A DNA stretch of 57,541 bases from a virus (lineage: Duplodnaviria > Heunggongvirae > Uroviricota > Caudoviricetes). Both the position numbers and the translations under genes were made by a program. The notes under the pieces were generated by a model. That model was given only the letters and a program-made list of their open reading frames with translations, was not told the origin of the DNA and searched no databases. The stretch covers positions 265,867 to 323,407 of IMG/VR virus record IMGVR_UViG_3300029935_000001. The stretch is one strand, 5' to 3'. Within the stretch, counting starts at the first letter, position 1; every line of letters begins with the position of its first letter. Shown here piece by piece: positions 54,396-57,541 of this stretch.

Positions 54396-54703
54396 TTAAC
54401 CGCCTAGGACTGTTGGCTTAAGAGCAGCCACCAGCTAAGGAGTCGAGCAAGGGCATGTAGTGACATTTAGTACCGCAGTGAAGGGCATCCAGCTGCGGGA
54501 AAGCTCAATAGGTTCGCACGTAAGCCGGCCACGATAACCGTGATTACCGTGTAACACAGCAAGGCAGTTTCGCTAGCTGCCAAAGCAATGGGATAGCTTC
54601 CCTGAGAGCGAGTTGCGCATGAGCCACCTGGTAAGCACGAGGACACCCCGGAGACGGTAAGGTCCAACTCTCGTTTGGCGTAATAGCACACCTAGGCGGT
54701 TAA
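54396..54703 (+). ncRNA. candidate 308-nt structured RNA
   Basis: Perfect 13-bp terminal helix TTAACCGCCTAGG/CCTAGGCGGTTAA with many internal hairpins; no convincing ORF. Confidence 0.6.
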
Positions 54704-54728
54704 GTTTTAAGTGAGTTTGAAAAAGAGG

Positions 54729-54757
54729 TTGACAGTAAGCGCAGTAGGCAGTAAAAT
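54729..54757 (+). promoter_or_regulatory. sigma70-type promoter
   Basis: TTGACA-N17-TAAAAT. Confidence 0.8.
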
Positions 54758-54794
54758 TAACACTTGGTAGTAACTGTTCTTTAAACAATCTGAT

Positions 54795-54826
54795 GCGGGA
54801 GTGGTGGAATTGGTAGTCACATCACT
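54795..54826 (+). pseudogene. tRNA-Leu-like 5' half remnant
   Basis: GCGGGAGTGGTGGAATTGGTAGTCAC; no matching 3' half in the window. Confidence 0.45.
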
Positions 54827-54869
54827 AAGACATCAGCTCTTTAAAAATTAGTGCCCTGGGGCAAAACCG

Positions 54870-54901
54870 CTAAATAATTGGTAGACACAGGATCAATTAT
54901 G
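54870..54901 (+). promoter_or_regulatory. late promoter plus RBS/start-sequestering hairpin
   Basis: CTAAATA; ATAATTGGT-AGACACAGG-ATCAATTAT(G). Confidence 0.7.
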
Positions 54902-55675
54902 AAGCGAATTGCAACGCCTATAGAAACAACAGAACTTTGTTCGTATGGTTGTGGCCAGGTTGGGAAGTATGTTAACGGATCGGGAAAAATAATGTGCTCC
55001 GAACGACATAACTCTTGCCCAGCAAACAGAAAGAAAAACTCTGCCGGCTTGAAAGAAGCACATAGGAGAGTTTTTGAAAAAACTGGAAAAGCAACCTTTT
55101 ATGATTATTCGATGTTGCCAGAAGAAACAAAACATCGAATGAATCATAATAAGGGCAAAACAGCCGAAACCTATGAACCAGTTAGGAAACGGACAGAAGC
55201 GTGGAAAAAGAGTTATTCTAAGCATAAATGTAATGCTACGCCAAAAGGTGTAGCAGCTGATCCGAGTTTGCGATGGAAGAGGAATAAAATTCCGTATATT
55301 GATTGGCAAGGAAACAAGTGTGTTTTAGAGTCAATACACGAATGGCAAGTAGCTAATGAACTTGACAAAAATCAAGTTCGCTGGATTAGGCCAAGATATA
55401 TTAGGTTAGCAGACGGAAGGAAATATGAACCGGATTTTTATCTAATAGATTTTGATATCTATTTAGATCCAAAAACAGAATGGAAAGGTAAAGCTAAAAA
55501 ATACCAAGGTTATTCCGGTCAAGACGGGCAACTTGAAAAAATAAAACAAGTTGAAAAAGAATTAGGTGTAAAAATTCTAATTTTATGGTCTTCTGATAAA
55601 AGATCGTTTAGTTGGAAAGGCATAGAGGAACAAATAAGGGCGTGTGGCGAAATTGGTAAGACGCAATGGACTTAA
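54899..55675 (+). mobile_element. putative homing endonuclease (Zn finger plus PD-(D/E)XK domain)
   Basis: LCSYGC..C..CPAN; ESIHE..YEPDFYL..IYLDPK; AT-rich; 3' end overlaps tRNA-Leu. Confidence 0.7.
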
Positions 55676-55724
55676 AATCCATCGACCTTGAGTCATGTGG
55701 GTTCGAATCCCACCATGCCCACCA
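55638..55724 (+). tRNA. tRNA-Leu (UAA)
   Basis: GGGCGTG/CATGCCC acceptor stem, ATGGA-CT-TAA-AA-TCCAT anticodon arm, long variable arm, GTTCGAATC, encoded CCA. Confidence 0.95.
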
Positions 55725-55729
55725 AACAC

Positions 55730-55752
55730 GGTGCCCCGGGGTACCACTTTTT
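55730..55752 (+). terminator. terminator-like hairpin
   Basis: GGTGCCC-CG-GGGTACC followed by ACTTTTT. Confidence 0.55.
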
Positions 55753-55803
55753 AACTGCGTTCGCTCAGTGAGCAACATTAAAGTGAGCGCAGTTAAAAAG
55801 TGG

Positions 55804-55832
55804 TTGACACGCAACAAATAGGCGTGTAAAAT
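55804..55832 (+). promoter_or_regulatory. sigma70-type promoter
   Basis: TTGACA-N17-TAAAAT. Confidence 0.8.
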
Positions 55833-55837
55833 TAACA

Positions 55838-55929
55838 CAGTTGATTACTTGTAGAACGCACAGCAACAAACGCCGAGCATGGGGCGCTGTGTAATGCGAC
55901 AAGGACACTTGGGCTTCGTGAGTTCAACT
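55838..55929 (+). ncRNA. candidate ~90-nt structured RNA
   Basis: CAGTTGA/TCAACTG closing stem; CTTGT/ACAAG and GCACAGC/GCTGTGT inner stems. Confidence 0.45.
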
Positions 55930-55960
55930 GGTATAAAGTTAACGAAGTGCGAACAAAAGG

Positions 55961-55989
55961 TTGACAGTGTAAGCTAGCTAAGTTATACT
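55961..55989 (+). promoter_or_regulatory. sigma70-type promoter
   Basis: TTGACA-N17-TATACT; ~45-bp near-identical copy at 56271. Confidence 0.85.
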
Positions 55990-56007
55990 GTTGACACAGT
56001 AGCAGCA

Positions 56008-56090
56008 GCTAGGAGCAGGTAGAAGTCCTGCGTAAAGACTCCGACGCTAGTAACCTAGTTAGGATGAAATGATTGACGATCTCCTAGTTG
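56008..56090 (+). ncRNA. candidate ~83-nt RNA with a T-arm-like hairpin
   Basis: AGCTAGGAG/CTCCTAGTT closing stem; GCAGG-TAGAAGT-CCTGC. Confidence 0.45.
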
Positions 56091-56097
56091 AAAAGAG

Positions 56098-56126
56098 TTG
56101 ACATGCTGCTGTTGAGCATGTATAAT
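56098..56126 (+). promoter_or_regulatory. sigma70-type promoter
   Basis: TTGACA-N17-TATAAT. Confidence 0.85.
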
Positions 56127-56139
56127 ATTTAAAAATTAG

Positions 56140-56258
56140 AGCTTTGCGTGTAAGGTGTGTGCTAGCAGCAACGCTAGACTAACTGCGAGGGGCAGGGCAC
56201 CAGCTGGGACACTTCGGCAGGAGGACTTGGGTTCGAATCCCAGGTTACACAAAAAGCT
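56140..56258 (+). ncRNA. tRNA-like RNA without a canonical anticodon arm
   Basis: GTGTAA/TTACAC acceptor-like stem, TTGGG-TTCGAAT-CCCAG T arm, outer AGCTTT/AAAGCT; no CCA. Confidence 0.55.
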
Positions 56259-56270
56259 TTAAAAAAGTGG

Positions 56271-56299
56271 TTGACAGCGTAAGCTAACTAAGTTATACT
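56271..56299 (+). promoter_or_regulatory. sigma70-type promoter
   Basis: TTGACA-N17-TATACT. Confidence 0.85.
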
Positions 56300-56316
56300 G
56301 TTGACACTGTAGTAAA

Positions 56317-56386
56317 GCAAGTTGACAACGACGCGGATGAAAAGCCCGCCAAGAGCGAAAAGCGCACGGTATATGTTGAACTTGCT
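56317..56386 (+). ncRNA. structured leader or small RNA before boxA
   Basis: AGCAAGTT/AACTTGCT closing stem. Confidence 0.4.
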
Positions 56387-56418
56387 GACTCTTTAAAAAC
56401 TTGGATCTATAACCATTA

Positions 56419-56528
56419 CTGAGCGTCAGTAATGCTCGCAAATGGTGTTGACTGCTACACGGCCCCCGGCTTATGGGGCAACCGTAAAACCCGGCGGCAC
56501 TGTTTGCGTGTTTGAAACGCGCTCAGTT
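56419..56528 (+). ncRNA. candidate ~110-nt structured RNA
   Basis: ACTGAGCG/CGCTCAGT long-range stem competing with a local CATTACTGA/TCAGTAATG hairpin; GCCCC/GGGGC. Confidence 0.4.
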
Positions 56529-56535
56529 TTAATGT

Positions 56536-56696
56536 TCTTGATTAAGGGAAGCCCTTAGAGCCCAAAGCGTAAGTGAGGGATTGGGCAAGTACCGATCGGA
56601 GGAAGTCGAAAAACTAGCAAAGTCCTTGCTAGCCGGGAAACCGGAGCGTGATTCGAAGCTGTCATCACCTGAGATACGGCCGATCTAAATCAAGAT
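56536..56696 (+). ncRNA. candidate ~160-nt structured RNA
   Basis: TCTTGATT/AATCAAGA closing stem; GATCGG/CCGATC; CTAGCAA/TTGCTAG; CCGG-GAAA-CCGG. Confidence 0.5.
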
Positions 56697-56699
56697 ACT

Positions 56700-56786
56700 G
56701 CGGATGTGGCCTAATGGTTGGGCGCCAGCCTTCCAAGCTGGTAAGGCGAAAGCCGTAAGCAGGTTCGATTCCTGTCATCCGCTCCA
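56700..56786 (+). tRNA. tRNA-Gly (UCC) with a 17-nt variable arm
   Basis: GCGGATG/CATCCGC, U73, CCA; CCAGC-CT-TCC-AA-GCTGG; variable region TAAGGCGAAAGCCGTAA. Confidence 0.92.
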
Positions 56787-56890
56787 TTTTAAATCAAGTC
56801 TATAGCGTTCTTTGGCGTAGGTCTGAGGTTAGACTACTATAGTTACCAAGCCGTTCAAATCGGTGAGACGACCAAAGTGATTTAAAATGG
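56784..56890 (+). ncRNA. degenerate tRNA-like module in a 13-bp stem
   Basis: CCATTTTAAATCA/TGATTTAAAATGG; GTCT-GAGGTT-AGAC D-like arm; GCCG-TTCAAAT-CGGT T-like arm; ACCA. Confidence 0.4.
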
Positions 56891-56997
56891 ATCAGTTATG
56901 TAGGGCGCAACTTAACCCTGCCGCTGCGAAAGCTATACGGCGATGAGAAAGGCACGGACTTCAGTGGAAATACGCCGTTCGTCCCCTACTAACTGAT
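56891..56997 (+). ncRNA. candidate ~107-nt structured RNA
   Basis: ATCAGTTA/TAACTGAT and GTAGGG/CCCTAC closing stems; GCCG/CGGC with GC-GAAA-GC. Confidence 0.5.
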
Positions 56998-57002
56998 TCA
57001 AT

Positions 57003-57035
57003 GCGCAGGTGGTGTAATGGCAGCCACGCCTGACT
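57003..57035 (+). pseudogene. tRNA 5' half interrupted at the anticodon loop
   Basis: GCGCAGG-TG-GTGTAATGGCAGCCAC-G-CCTGA-CT, then non-tRNA sequence containing CTAAATA. Confidence 0.75.
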
Positions 57036-57064
57036 TTCGACTAAATACTGTTGAGGACAGGATA

Positions 57065-57541
57065 ATGCCAAAAGCCATAATAAAAGCCATCGATACAGAA
57101 GAACTATGCTCGTATGGATGCGATCAACGAGCAAAATATATAAACGCTTCAAATAAACTAATGTGCGATGTATCGTCAAATAAGTGCCCGGCAAACCGGC
57201 AAAAGAATAGCGAAAAAGGCAAGCAAGTCTACGCAAGCGGTAGACGACCGCCTAGTGCTACTGCCTATGCTCTAATGACTGATGACTCCAAAACTCGCAT
57301 GAATTGGGCAAAAGGGTTAACTAAAGAAATCGACCCGCGAGTCGCAAGACCACAGTTTATCGGAAGACGATTTGGCGCCTCATTAAATGGGCATTCGGAC
57401 GAAACAAAACAGAAACTAGCAGTGCTTAGGACTGAATATTTAAAGAAATCGGAAAATAGGAAAAACCTAGGAAGCCATAAACCAAGTTGGATGGAGCTCA
57501 AATTTGCAGAGTATCTCAATACTAACTCCATAGTTGGGTGG
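57065..57541 (+). mobile_element. putative homing endonuclease, paralog of 54899 (runs off the window; not in track)
   Basis: MPKAIIKAIDTEELCSYGCDQRAKYINASNKLMC..CPANRQKNS; HSDETKQKL NUMOD3-like; late promoter in a hairpin. Confidence 0.75.

Noticed and set aside
54795-54826. A functional split or permuted tRNA using this 5' half
   Set aside because: Its acceptor strand GCGGGAG has no complementary 3' half in the window, and the segment also fits the leader-hairpin repeat shared with 54330-54381
55725-55800. HDV-like theta ribozyme after the tRNAs
   Set aside because: The trailer after tRNA-Leu folds as simple hairpins and I could not build the nested double pseudoknot; the same holds after tRNA-Gly
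53768-56310. Repeated ~40-bp units as a CRISPR array
   Set aside because: The units are -35/-10 promoters with irregular spacing and divergent sequence; there is no constant repeat-spacer period and no cas gene
54490-56620. RNase P RNA (GGGAAAGCTC at ~54497, GGAGGAAGTC at ~56601) or tmRNA
   Set aside because: No matching 3' P4 strand, and no tmRNA acceptor/T-arm ends enclosing a tag ORF
57003-57541. Group I intron in the tRNA anticodon loop
   Set aside because: The ORF starts 30 nt after U33 and no P7/R/S core is visible; the 3' side is outside the window, so it cannot be fully excluded
1-57541. Stop-codon reassignment
   Set aside because: Long conserved genes are intact in the standard code and there is no suppressor tRNA in the window
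1-57541. Prophage or integrated element
   Set aside because: No integrase, att site, repressor or host housekeeping flank; the content is that of a lytic jumbo phage

Overview
This is a 57.5 kb segment of a large lytic dsDNA phage (T4-related jumbo type) with a Gram-negative host, since it encodes a spanin pair. It uses the standard genetic code and almost all genes are on the + strand. All annotations come from reading motifs by eye; no database search or folding program was run. Layout: (1) 1-11.2 kb, small early genes in cassettes, each behind a GGTTGACC-N17-TATAAT sigma70 promoter, with a lower-GC endonuclease-like/adenine-methyltransferase pair inserted. (2) 11.2-20.5 kb, phoH, a lysis cassette, a DnaJ-like gene, clpA, a HIGH-motif nucleotidyltransferase and a GT-A glycosyltransferase, under T4-late-like (N)TAAATA promoters. 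(3) 20.5-34.3 kb, a 1380-aa multi-enzyme protein followed by 14 consecutive, mostly overlapping genes that begin with variants of M-R/K-A-x-E-F/I-L-x-E. This resembles the T4 capsid-targeting sequence, and the cargo domains include two R-S-E ADP-ribosyltransferases, a kinase, a Nudix hydrolase, a ParB-like domain and a 4-copy paralog family. (4) 34.8-39.6 kb, a GIY-YIG endonuclease, a DsbA/GapR-like protein, family B DNA polymerase and a probable clamp. (5) 39.6-47.8 kb, a 7-deazaguanine cluster (TGT/DpdA-like, second T-fold protein, GT-B glycosyltransferase, folE, HIT, queD, queE; no queC in the window) containing a ~550-nt gene-free structured region. (6) 47.8-53.5 kb, an endonuclease, T4 RNase H-like exonuclease and an esterase. 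(7) 53.5-57.5 kb, a stable-RNA region with 8 sigma70 promoters, rrn-like boxA sites, tRNA-Leu(UAA), a tRNA-Gly(UCC) with a long variable arm, several unassigned structured RNA modules and two paralogous endonuclease genes interleaved with tRNA sequence. The best candidates for something undescribed are the capsid-tagged effector array, the deazaguanine-plus-glycosyltransferase pathway and the ncRNA module array.
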